A stretch of 64,000 bases of DNA. Origin: Azolla caroliniana (lineage: Eukaryota > Plantae > Polypodiophyta). The stretch lies in the NCBI GenBank assembly GCA_043228905.1, contig JBHGNT010000005.1, positions 3,844,001 to 3,908,000 on the forward strand, given 5' to 3'. The position numbers were made by a program, and so were the translations under genes. Positions 16,852 to 28,900 of this stretch are shown here, piece by piece. Within the stretch, counting starts at the first letter, position 1. Each line of letters opens with the position of its first letter. Below the pieces are notes generated by a model. It saw only the letters and a list, made by a program, of their open reading frames with translations. It ran no database searches and had not been told where the DNA came from.

Positions 16852-19103
16852 CTTTCTTTCTTTTTTTTAAACTACTTCCATTAGTTAAGGCAATGTACAT
16901 AGGATAATATACAACTCATATCTTACAGGCCAACTTGCATGTCGAAAAGAAAACAACATGCGTAAAGGAAACAACAAAAAAACTCCAAAACACCACATTA
17001 TTCGATGAGCATAGCATTACTCGACAACATACCCTCCACGTGAGCCTCATACAACCCAATTTCAACATAGCCATCCTCCACTATCTTCTCATGGCATCAC
17101 CCATCTATATGTTAGGCACACTCGAAGGGAACAGCCATCGTGGTGGTTGATAATTCCACTTCGCTTTGCCATCCACCATCTATAGCATCTAAGAACCGCT
17201 CCATTTTAGAAGGAATCAAGCTCTAGTTCTTCACTTGCGTCTAAGGGCCCTTGAAGGCTTTCAAACTCTCCTCGTAATGTATAAATCAGATTAAACCAGA
17301 TCATCATTAAACTTTCAACCGGGGGGGGGGGGGGGGGGGGTCACTTACCTAAGAAAGTCTCCTTGCACCTAGATACCCACACTTGCCAAACCTTAAGGCC
17401 GACCACTAATAACCATATGTCCACGTAGCGTTCCTGTATGTAGAATGAACCTCCTTGTGCTAGTTTTATAGTCCCTTGCATCACCTTTAAAGAAGGACTA
17501 CTTCCATTCCACCCTTGAAACCACGCAGCTGATTCAGTGGCCAACCAAGTGATTGTTGCACTCGATACATGAACCTCAACACCAAATCGAGCCAAGATTC
17601 TTAAGCTCCTCAGCCAAACTTCTTGGGCTCATGGGCAGCTCCACAAACAATGTGTGATGTCCTCCAAGCTCGCACTGCAGGCCTTGCAACTATTCATGCC
17701 ACCTCTTTTCCCAAGCCACTCTCCCGTTGGAACATCTCGATGGGTGATTAACCAGAAAAACACTTTGACCGACTCGGGGAGGCATGAATTTCATATCTTG
17801 CTCCTAGTTCTATCCACAAAGACCGAGTCAACATCTACATGGGCCCATTTGTTGGCACACTTCTCACGATGCCAACATAACTTTCTCCCCAAGCGCGTCG
17901 AGTATTCGAAGAAACCAATTGATTTATCTTGTTCTCCCTTCCACTTATATTTAGCAGGATCCCATTCTAAGCACTCGAGTGGCTTGCCTTCAACCACGTA
18001 CAAGATCTAGTCCTCCTCAACCTCATCGACTAGTGGATTCACCTTCCATTTCTTGCCGTCTTGTGCCACAATTCTAATCGGGCACCAACTTGCACTTTCA
18101 TCTATTGATCCCAATTGGACGATCTTCCCATTCTTTCCTAGACCCATGGCATTGATAATTTTTCCCATATCATCACATTGTCCATACCATTCACCCTCTT
18201 CCCCATCACTGATAGGAACAGAGTAGACAATTGTATTGACAAGATCAAGCATCTTCCTGCCATTTCTGAACTTTCCCATGTCTTCATATAATTTATCACG
18301 ATTATTGCCGGACAACCGCATCCAAAATGCCACTGAATGAATCCCTACACAATACAATATAGCCCATGACATACGCTTGCTCTATCCAAGCATCTTTCCC
18401 TCAGACGATTTTAAGGTCTCGTTCCACAATAGGGGTTGGTGCATCCATTCAACATTAGTACTTGGACGAATCTGACTTAGATGCCAATTGAGCATACTCC
18501 ACGCCTTCATCATTGACATACATGTACGATCAGCCAACCGATTAGATTTCCTCAACTTTAAGTCCATACAAAAAAACCATGATTTATATCACTTCCATTG
18601 CCCACCAAGTCTTGGACTCCAGAGAGTGCTCCTATTATGTATCAATGTTTTCCATAACTTGTTACCGGGTAGCAAGCTCCTTACCAATACCTTACATAGC
18701 AATGCCTAACTCTGCAATCCAGGGTCAATCGATCCTAAACCCCCCTTACTCTTGGGAAGAACCAACGTAGACCATGATACTTTGACTGCCACGTTGTCTT
18801 TCTTGATCCCAGCCCATAGGAATCCCCTAATACACGCTTTAACAGTATGAATAGCTTGCTTGTCAAACATCCACATTGAAACTGCATGCCATAACGTAGA
18901 CAAGAGCACATGGTTAGCTACTATGATCTGCCAACCAATGATAAGTTCGTCCCTGACTAGTTGCGTATTTTGTCATAAATTTTACTTTGAATTTGTTGCA
19001 ACTTAATTCCTTTGTCGATATCTACACCAATCCACGTTCCCAAATATCTAGTGGCTTACCCTTTTACAATCCATTTGAATTCAGCATTTGGCTTCCATAC
19101 AGG
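16852..19103 (-). mobile_element. Degenerate L1-type LINE, 3' part of ORF2 and tail
   Basis: Minus-strand remnants include RYLG, LLSTLWH..S.W, IRGFLWAG, VSWSTLVLPKSKGGLG and the zf-RVT knuckle CKACSASLEDITHCLWSCP (about 17635-17690). There are many stops and frameshifts. The T-rich tract at about 16852-16868 is the likely poly(A) tail. Confidence 0.85.
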
Positions 19104-19246
19104 TGTTGTCCGCCGAATAGTAACCGACGGACAAGAGCGTAGTTATATGGAATAGAATAATATTGTAACGCATGTAACGGTTCACGCGGGAAGAGCGCTC
19201 ACCACAACAACACTGTGGTCTTGCCCTGGCTGCCGTAGCACCCAGC

Positions 19247-21837
19247 ATGGCCTTTGCCTATCCCCGCTTTAACGACGAAACCGATGCCGCAACCCACATT
19301 CGCCTATTCCTCAATGTTTGGAATGCAAACCACATGGCACGGAGCCTTTCTGGGGTAGTAGCGCACCAGTCCAAAATGATGGAGTTCAGATTAACACTGG
19401 ATGGAAGAGCGGCGTTTTGGCATTCGCAAATGGATCTGCTAGCAATCACGACCTTCGACCAGCTGCAATCCACCTTTTTGTGGTTCTTTCATCGGAGGGT
19501 GCCGCAACGCGAGATCCTCAGGCTCTTATACACAATTAAGCAGTTGTCGATAGAGACAATCGCGGATTTTAGCTTACGTTTCCAGAATCTATGGCGAAAA
19601 TTAAAACGGGGCCCGACGGAGGACGAGGCGAGGGAGACATTTCTGGCAGCATTACGCCGACCCATACAGACAACGCTCAACAACAATAGCGTGAAAGGGG
19701 AAACGACCAATATGGTAATAGAAAGAGCGTTACAACTCAAGTTGGACAAAGAAGAGGAAAGGTTTTCCATGTCCTCATTACGACAAGCGTTACCTCAGGA
19801 CGAGGAACGACATTTTCGTCAAGCGATCCAGTGCACAATTTGTTTGAATGCGGGGCATTCCGCAATGGAGTGCAACATGCGAATCCACTGTCCAATCTAT
19901 CACTCGAAAGCTCACACAATTGAGCAATGTGAGTACAATATGTTGAACAGAGCAACGCCACAGTACGCAGCGTAGACACGCAGCGTCCCCCACACCGTAA
20001 TGAACAAAGGAGGTAGGAAGACCGACCATGGTATCTGGATCGCAATCCACGTCGACGACCGACACTACCGGAATCGCCGGAATCACAACGATTCCGAGGA
20101 AGACAAGTCGAGCCGGAGGATGACAACTACCGTGGCCACCCCAGATATAATAAAGGGGGCCGGCGCTCTGAGAATTACCGGCCGACAAACAAACGTGGCA
20201 GCTTTAATGGACCTCATGGAAAGCATCGGCAATATCGGGACCACTGGCGATATGACGAAAGCTCGGACGATGACCGGCACCAAGAACCACACCGGGACCA
20301 ACAACAACACCGCGTACTTTCGACAAACGAAGCAAGACCGAGAGGAGCACGTCACATCGGGGGATCGGCACACACCACCAGGGGCCGAGAAGGGCGAATC
20401 TAGCATCCATTGTTTTGTTTGTCAACAACCCCGCCATTATACCACACAATGCCCAGTACGCAAGGGCAAGGGGCCCGCCGTCAATACGATCACAGCGGAA
20501 GTGCAGCAAGTCACGACACGTCAGCAAACAAAAACGACGGATTGGGCAGCGCAAGATGAGATACGACGAACAACCCAAGCATGGGTTGAAAAGCAAACAC
20601 GGCAAATACAGAGCGCATGCAAAAGGAGTCCGCAACACGGGGGAGCTATTGGACGACAAGGGACCATCCCAGACCCCATTTGGCAAGCATTGGCAGGCTA
20701 CGAGATAACGTTAACCATGGAAAAGCTACTGCAACTAGTCCCACGATTCCGCCAGGCCATGGAAGAGCGGGTGACGGGCAGACCTGGGGTAAGCGTCGCC
20801 ACGATTTCACGAACATTAGCGACGGACCGTCAGTAGTGGATCACCACAACCCGGCTAATTAAGTTGATATTACACGGCCAGGAAATCACAGGATGCGTAA
20901 TCGATGGCAGAGCGTTAATGTAATCAACGCGAAGACATGCGAACAATTGGGAATTTCAGATGGGAGGCTTGCCTGTTCTGGCTCCGCATGGCAGGTACCC
21001 CTCAGTACGACCATTGGGGGTTGATACGCAAGGTAGGCATTATCGTGGGTGGACATCACTTCGACATCTTGGTGCTAGTCCTCGCCTTGGACGCCCCTAG
21101 GGCGTACCCCGTGCTGCTGGGCAGACCGTGGCTTCGTTCAGCAAATATCAAGCAGAGCTGGCAACACAAGTATATCAGTTTTCGACGCGAACACACCAAG
21201 GTCCGCATACCAACGAGGAAAGGGCAACACAATCCAAGAGTACGCGGAAGATATAAATATGTTGGTTGGGGTGGAGGATATAGAATTAGAGGCATACCTA
21301 GACGAGCACCCTCGAATTATTCCGTTGTTCAAAATCGACGTCATCGAAACTGCGACGAAATATGCTACAGTTACTACACTCCACGACGAGGCTTTTGAAC
21401 CAAACCTGGAGACAATATTAGAACTAAGCAGAACACGGGCAACGTTCGAGAGGGAAATGGAAATTTCACGGCGAGTCACCACCTCAGCCCTGGAAGAAGT
21501 AAACATGGGTACGACGTTAGAACCCCGTTTTCTCTCCATCGCAAAGGAATTAAGACCGGACCAAAGAAACGTAATGATCGTACTACTCAAAAAGTATAAA
21601 GATGTGTTCGCCTAAGCCACGAGGACATGAAAGGATTGGATCCGAAGTTCTATCAACATAAGATTAATTTAGCAACTGACGTGAAACCGGTCCAGCAGCG
21701 TCGCTACCGCATGAACCCAAACTACGCGACCCGCGTAAAAGAGGAAATTGATAAACTCCTAAAGGCGGGATTCATACGGCCAGTTAAACAAGCTACATGG
21801 TTAAGCCCGATCGTAGTCGTACCAAAGAAAAATGGCA
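19247..21837 (+). pseudogene. Gypsy gag, protease and start of RT (frameshifted)
   Basis: Retrotransposon gag with knuckles CTICLNAGHSAMEC and CFVCQQPRHYTTQC, protease VIDG...VNVI and LLGRPWL, and RT start HKINL..DVKPVQQRRYRMNP...EEIDKLLKAGFIRPV...WLSPIVVVPKKNG. It runs into the N gap. Confidence 0.9.
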
Positions 21838-21937
21838 NNNNNNNNNNNNNNNNNNNNNNNNNNNNNNNNNNNNNNNNNNNNNNNNNNNNNNNNNNNNNNN
21901 NNNNNNNNNNNNNNNNNNNNNNNNNNNNNNNNNNNNN
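21838..21937. other. Assembly gap (100 N)
   Basis: Run of N. Most of the host RT and the outer end of the family X LTR are missing here. Confidence 0.99.
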
Positions 21938-23549
21938 ACCCAAGCAAACCCTAAGCGAACACGAAGGGGGAGAAGAAGAAGAAGAAACTAACTCTAAACC
22001 TAACGGTATACCCTCTAATGCAAAATGGACAACCCTTTCACAAAGGGTGTTCCCTTCTTTTTATAGAACAAGGACAAGGATGCGTTACAATGTGGGATAA
22101 ACCCCGACTTACATGGGACCGCTTGTCCCGACTTGACTATTCTTCGGCGCCATAAAGGCGCCCTCGTTATTCACACTAAATGTACATGGGTGCGTACACA
22201 CGCTGCACCCCGCCGATGTAGCCAATGTTTCCCGGTTTCCGCCTCTGGCCGAAATTCTTCACGACATCCGCCCCCACCTAACCGCACATCCACCGGTATG
22301 TGCCAAGTCCGGTTGAAGGATGAGAGATTTCGGCCGGTGAGAAACCGGTCTTCCGTGATCCGCATCCCGGCTCGCTGCCAGTTTGATCCGTCGGCTTCGA
22401 TTCTTCCTTCGCGCTTACCTCCCCGTAGGCTCGTTCGACCCGTCGATGGGTCCTCTGCCGCGATCTCCGTAGTACGCGTACTTCCGCTGGCCCTTGTTCG
22501 GCCGTATGAACGCCCCGCTCCCGTCGTATGCCCTTGTCCTCTCGCCGCCACCTTCCTTCTCCATGGTCTTACATCGCCGCATCGGCTCAAACTGCCATGG
22601 TCTCCGAAACGGTGTGGAGGATCCCTTTTCGGTCTTCTCCGCGCTCGCCTTCCCGCTCCGGCACCTCCGTGTGCCACATACCCTCATCCGTTGTTTGGCA
22701 CTGCATGTATCGTACTCCGAATCATTGCACGCCTTGTCGACCCCTTTTCCGGCCAGATCGTGCATCGCCGCTCCACGCATATTGGTGTCCTTTGCATCCG
22801 AGGAACACCCCGTAGTAGCCCACATGGCCCTTCCCGTCTTCGTGCTGCTACAACAGGTCTTGAGTCTTCCGTTTGCCGTCGTCCCCTCGCCCCCACCAGC
22901 TTGTCATCCCGGCTTGCCGTGTCAGTCTTCGCTACTTCGACGGAGCTACCGAGATCTACGAAGCGAGTGTGGAGGATCCTCCTCCGACCTCTCTTGCCAT
23001 CCCCTGACCCCAACCCGGTGCAGTCCACTAGGCACTTGTCACCTCGTTCCCGGCACCTCCCTTGTGCCGTCTTCCGCTTCCTTCGTTCGGCCCCGCCCGC
23101 GCCGAACACCGTCCTGTAGTCACGCTTCGATCCGGCCCGCGATGGCCACTTGCGAGACTCTTGTTCTGTCCCAAGTGTGCCTTTCCAGCCTGACACACCT
23201 CCCCTTGTTTGCCCCTATCGGCTCCTTCCGAAACCTCGTGTCGTCGGGTCTTGTTCCCTACTGCCACCGTCCTTCTCCCTCGGTCTTACGTTGCCACGTT
23301 GGCCGAACAGCCGGGGTCTCCGGATCGGTGTGAGGGTCCCATAGGACCGGACTCCGTTTCTATGCTTGCCGAAAGTCGGGTGCCTTTTGTTTGAGTCCCT
23401 CCCGGACTCTCCTCGTGTCTCCCGCGTAGTCGGGTCCCGTTTTCGCCACCACCAACCTTCTCTCTCGATCTCATGTTGCCACGTTGGCCGAACCGCCGGA
23501 GTCTCTGGTTAAGTGTGGGGATCTCGTAGGACCAGACTTCCTTACACCC

Positions 23550-23905
23550 ATAGCCTTCGTCACCTCGCTACCACCGTCAATATCTTGGTCTTACGTCGAC
23601 CGCGTTGCCGACTGCCGAAGTCTTTAGAACCAGTGTGAAGGATCCTCCGTAGGCTTTTGATCCGTAGCCCTTGCCTTTGTCACCTCGCCACCACCGTCAG
23701 TATCTTGGTCTCACGTCGACCGCGTTGCCGACTGCCGAAGTCTCTAGAACCGGTGTGAAGGATCCTCCGTAGGCTTCCGATCCGTAGCCCTTGCCTTCGT
23801 CACCTCGCCGCCACCGTTAGTATCTTGGTCTCACGTCGACCGCGTTGCCGACTGCCGAAGTCTCTAGAACCGGTGTGAAGGATCCTTCGTAGGCTTCCGA
23901 TCCGT
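23550..23905. repeat. Tandem repeat, 120-bp period, about 3 copies, inside X2
   Basis: TATCTTGGTC recurs at 23581, 23701 and 23821, and more degenerate copies occur at about 23270-23520. Confidence 0.9.
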
Positions 23906-25167
23906 ATTTTCCGACCCTGTCCCGGGTCGTCCTTTTCCGCATGCCGAGAGGGCGGTTTACTCCGCACCCTCTCCCGTGGTACCGACGTACTGTCTCCTCG
24001 GCCTCTTCGTAGGCCTTGCTCTCTTCCTCCCTCCCGGAATGGTCATCCGGGAGTCCGTTCCCCCCGGTTCTCGTCCGGGTCCGTTCGTCCTTCTCCATAT
24101 TGACGAGTCCCGTTCTCCTGTCGCCACCGATCTCTCTTATAGGACTCACGCCGGCCCTCGGGCCTGCAGCCGGATCGGTGTAAGGAATCCCATAGGACCG
24201 GCTTGCATTCTCTATCCAACTCTCGACCTTTGCCCGATCAGTCTTTCTCCCCATGTAAAAGAGGGCGGCTCGTCCCGCACCCTCTCCCGTATCGGCACCT
24301 TCATGCCGAATCCGGCCCCGATCGAATGATCCACGACCGGATTCTGCTCCATACGAATCGGAATGCCAATCTTCTCGTGTCGCTTCCGTCCTCGGCCTCC
24401 TCGCAGGCCGTTTCCCATCCGTCTTCGCTAGCATCGTGCCAGGACTCCTCGGTACCGCCATCCATCTCCTCGGTCTTACATGGGCATACGGGCCCGAATG
24501 CCGAGTTCTCCGGAATCGGGTCCGTGGGCTTTCGTCCGCTCCTTCCCCGTATCGTCTCGCCGATGATTCTTGGCCTTCCGCCGCCTTCCTCAACTTGGGA
24601 CTCACGTGGGCACTCGGGCCCGACTGCCATCGTCTCGGGAGCAAGTGTGGGAAGACACAAAGAATCGCTCGTCCGTTTTACGCCCTTGTCCGTAGCCACC
24701 AACTCTTCGTGGTCGGCGGTCGTCTTCTTACCGATCGCGCAAGCCCCGTCTGGGCTTGCTTCCCCAATGACCGGGATCTCGGGCTGACACGCCCGAAACC
24801 GCTGGTCCCAACGTTCTGATTCCGCGATCGGTATCTCGGCCTCGTCCTTGGCCGTTCTATCTCTGCAAGTCGAGAGGGCGTTTCGTTCTGCACCCTCTCC
24901 CGTGATACCGTCGTACCGATCTTCCGTCGTCGCGTGGGGCAAGACTGTCTTCTCAGTCTCGGCTTGCGGCCTCCGTCTTTCCTCCTCCTCGAGCATCGCC
25001 TCGAGAGCTGCGTACGCCTCCGCAATCCTGGCCCCAACGCCAACCCTTGCCGACTCTCTCTGCCGTTCGGCCTCTTCCCGCTGTGATGGCACGCCGTCGC
25101 GTCCCTTCCTCTTAGCCTTCTCGGCTCGCTCTTTGTCTAGCCGTTGGCACACCCTTCCGACCTTTGA

Positions 25168-25707
25168 CTAGTCCTCCGTAAGCCCATTCACTCCGTCATC
25201 GTCTTCGAGCTCAATTCCGATGGCCTCTCGTTCCGCTCGGTCGATCGACTTGACAAACAATAGGACCTTGTCCGCCCCCACCAAACCTTGTTCCCGCTCT
25301 GGGAGCCGAGCAAGCCGTCGCTCGAACTCTCGGAACGCCTTCGTCGCGCCCCGATGGGTCTTTGCCGATGCTACCCATTGGTCGAAGTCGTGCTGTCCCC
25401 GGTTCTTCCGTCGTCCTCCGTATGCCTTCAGGAGCGCCTCTTCGAAGGCCTCCCACGAACTATGAGCCTCACGGAGCTCCTTTACTTCCGCATGCATCCG
25501 GACAGCTACGACCCGACAGAAGAACTCCAGCCTCAACGCCTCGTCTACGCCACACTCCTCCATTTCCGCGTTGTAGGCTTCCAAGTAAGATGGGACTTTG
25601 TCCCCGTTGAAACGGTCGACTCTTTCGACCACTCGCTGAACCGCTTGTTGCGCTGCTTCTCGCCTCATCACCACTCGTGCCGACTCCAACACCACTTCGG
25701 CCACCAT
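25168..25707 (-). CDS. Gag-like (capsid) ORF of family X copy X2
   Basis: VDRFNGDKVPSYLEAYNAEM...LRLEFF.RV...EVKELREAHSSWEAFEEALLKAY has the F.G...W..F...L gag pattern and is clearly homologous to 49507-49926. Confidence 0.7.
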   Translation of the reverse strand: MVAEVVLESARVVMRREAAQQAVQRVVERVDRFNGDKVPSYLEAYNAEMEECGVDEALRLEFFCRVVAVRMHAEVKELREAHSSWEAFEEALLKAYGGRRKNRGQHDFDQWVASAKTHRGATKAFREFERRLARLPEREQGLVGADKVLLFVKSIDRAEREAIGIELEDDDGVNGLTED

Positions 25708-26483
25708 CTCCGCAAGGTCGCCGCGCGTGCGTGGAGAAAGGCGGGACCACGGGGGTCTTGGACCAGGGAGTGACGGTGCGTAGGAAGTCGTGCTTCACCG
25801 TTTCCGGGGGATCCCAGAAGAACATCGGAAGCGACCGAAGGGAGAGAGAGAGAGAGGGAGGGAGCGCGCGCTTGACACCGACTCACGCGCACGTACGCAC
25901 ACACACGCACACACACACAGCTCACGCCCTCATGTACAGGAAACGCAGGAAAGGGGAAGCACCCGACACCAACAAAGACGCCAATATACACAGACAGACG
26001 CAAACGTATATATATATATATATATATATAGAAGAAGAATACATCCCCGGCTTCGAGCCGAACTGAGGTAGGTTACAATAGTCGTCTGCTGCCAAGCCGC
26101 CGTCGGGGAGCTCCTAGCTCGTCGCGCCGAGCGGGGTCTTGCACAGGAGGCCGAACCCAAGCAAACCCTAAGCGAACACGAAGGGGGAGAAGAAGAAGAA
26201 GAAACTAACTCTAAACCTAACGGTATACCCTCTAATGCAAAATGGGCAACCCTTTCACAAAGGGTGTTCCCTTCCTTTTATAGAACAAGGACAAGGATGC
26301 GTTACAATGTGGGATAAACCCCGACTTACATGGGACCGCCTGTCCCGACTTGACTACTCTTCGACGCCATAAAGGCGCCCTCGTTATTCACACTAAATGT
26401 ACATGGGTGCGTACACACGCTGCACCCCGCCGATGTAGCCAATGTTTCCCGGTTTTCGCCTCTGGCTGAAATTCTTCACAACA

Positions 26484-27850
26484 ACGTGTTCGTAGATGCC
26501 TCAGACATAGCAATAGGAAGTGCACTAATGCAGCTCATAGAGCCGAATTGGTATCGACCGGTGTACTATGCTAATCGGAAATTATCAACGACGGAGCGTA
26601 ACTATTCCACAATGGAACGTGAGGCATTGGGGATGATCTACAACATTAATAAATTCCGGCATTATCTGCTAGGGCGGAAATTCACATTTCATGTGGATCA
26701 TTCGACACTGCTGTATTTGGTGGAAAAACAAGCGCTGATGGGGAAATTGGCGAGATGGATGGTGTTGCTTCAAGAATTCGATTTTGTAATTCAGCACCGC
26801 CCGGGTACACAACACGTAGTGGTAGATTTTTTGAGCAGACTCGATAATGGAGAAACGGCGCAGAGGGATGACGACGACTTTCCGGATGCAGACATTCTGC
26901 GGATAGCAGCACTAACAGAGCGAACGGAAAAGACTTTCCCGGACCGGTGGCTCATAGAAATGACCTACTTTTTGACTACGGGATTGCCCCCACCGCAATT
27001 ACGCATGGACAAGAAGAAGCGATTAACCGTATGGAACCGTAACTTCTGCCTAGTAGAAGGAATCTTATATCACAAAGGCAGTGATGGCATTTGGCGACGC
27101 GGTGTACGTCAAGATGAGAAAGAAGCGGTCTTACGAGAGGCTCACTATGGCACGGTGGGCGCACACTACACGGGAGATGTTACGGCCCGGAAAATATGGC
27201 AAGCAAGCCTATGGTGGCCAACTACGCAGAAGGATGCGTATGATTATTGTAAAAACTGCGATTTGTGTCAACGGATGGGCCAGCCCATGGAGGGCGCAAG
27301 AATGCCTCACCAGCCCGTATTGCCATTAGATCCCTTCCAAAAGTGGGGATTGGATTTTGTAGGCCCTTTCACACCGACTGTGGCCCATACGGGTAATAAA
27401 TACATATTGGTGGCCACGGATTATTGCACCAAGTGGGTAGAAGCAAAAGCATTACGGGAGAATACGACGGCTGTCACGACGAGATTCCTTTACGAACACA
27501 TCTGGTGTCAGTTCGGTTGTCCAATTGAGCTCATCAGCGATCAGGGGAGCCACTTTCTCAATACGGTGATTCGTGAACTAACACAACATTACGCTGTGGT
27601 CCACAAGAAGAGTACGCCATATTACCCACAGGCGAATGGGTTGGCGGAATCCACCAACAAGACATTGCAGACTATATTAAAGAAAATCGTCAATGACAAT
27701 AGAACGGACTGGGATACCAAATTACATAGTGCATTATGGGCGTACAGGACCAACTACAAAACAAGCATACAGTCAACACCATTTCGACTAGCGTTTGGAT
27801 TGGAGATCGTTATGCAAGTAGAGTTCCAGCTACCTAGTTTATGGATTCAA
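26484..27850 (+). pseudogene. Host Gypsy RNase H and integrase (C-terminally deleted)
   Basis: RNase H VFVDAS...VYYANRKL...NYSTMEREAL; zinc finger H..H...CKNCDLCQR; DDE core KWGLDFVGP, ISDQGSHF and YYPQANGLAESTNK. After about 27850 it is fused to unrelated sequence. Confidence 0.92.
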
Positions 27851-28777
27851 GTACCCGCCCAGTCAAACACGCGAACAACGCAAGAAGGGCAAGTGGCGTG
27901 CACCGAGGAAGCGGCACCGGAGCCAGACGCCGAACCACGACAAGGAAACCCTAGGCCGAAAAGGCGGAGGCTGGACAAGAAAGATGGGCGAGGATTAGTG
28001 AAAGACGCACTCGCAGCTGTAGAGACAACGATCGTAGGTGACAACTCCACAACTACGGAGCCCAGCACCACCTTTGAAATAATCCAGGAATCACGACCGA
28101 TCATTACGGCCCAATTACAGCGAGGGAAAGCCATATTGACGGCGGAAAGCGAGGTCCTCGTGTATCCAGACATCCAGGACACAACCCATGAGTTCGGCAC
28201 ACTATTACAGTTAGGAACCTCTTTTGAGCTCATGGAATTCTTGGCAACGCAATAGATAAAAGTCTCACAACGAATGGTCGAGGAGCACATGGAGTGCCAA
28301 ATGATCGAGCGTGCATTAACACAAACGACGGAAAGCGATGATGAGGACCAGTTAGCCAGAGTCGACAGACAAAGGAACGCCGGTATACGCCGAATGGGGA
28401 TGGAACTACCCCCATTAAACGCGGCCCTTGTCGAAGTTTATAGGGAACTGGCAAAGGTCAGCATGGGCGCCAAGGAGATGGCCATTAAAAATAAAAATGT
28501 CTGCAAAAGGTTAAACTAACCCAAGCCGAGCTGCAAAAAGCCAATGAACGCATCGCATAGTTGGAAAATAACGTGACTACGGCGCAATAGGCAACTCCAC
28601 CACCAAACAACGTCGTCGAAGCCCTGAGGGAAGAGATTGAGGCTCAGACCGCCATTGCCTCAAAAGCAAAACGGGTCGTACAACTAGCGGAATCAAAGAT
28701 TGACCGCCTCCGCATTGTTCTTTCCAACAGCCGAAAGGCAGTGAAGACCCTTGAAGAGAAACTCGCAGCGGAGACAA

Positions 28778-28861
28778 TGTTGGAGACAAAGTCGTCTATG
28801 CGGAAGATCAAGTAGCATTCGATTCTGTTCTGTACCTGCGTATGACAGTTTCTAGGTCGTT

Positions 28862-28900
<39 letters not shown>

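Larger units (their letters stand above)
21938..26483 (-). mobile_element. Non-autonomous gag-only LTR element, family X, copy X2
   Basis: Near-identical direct repeats 21938-22266 and about 26155-26483. The LTR starts TGTCGTGAAG on the minus strand, with PPT AGGTGGGGGCGGA at 22267-22279. The 5' LTR is about 25722-26483, and its end and PBS are deleted. The right flank ACGT lies inside the host RNase H codons H-V-F. No pol motifs are present. Confidence 0.85.

Noticed and set aside
17321-17340. G20 run as a functional G-quadruplex
   Set aside because: An isolated homopolymer in a decayed LINE, with no supporting context.
22133-25152. Many long overlapping ORFs on both strands
   Set aside because: GC-rich, stop-poor TE interior with no recognisable domains.
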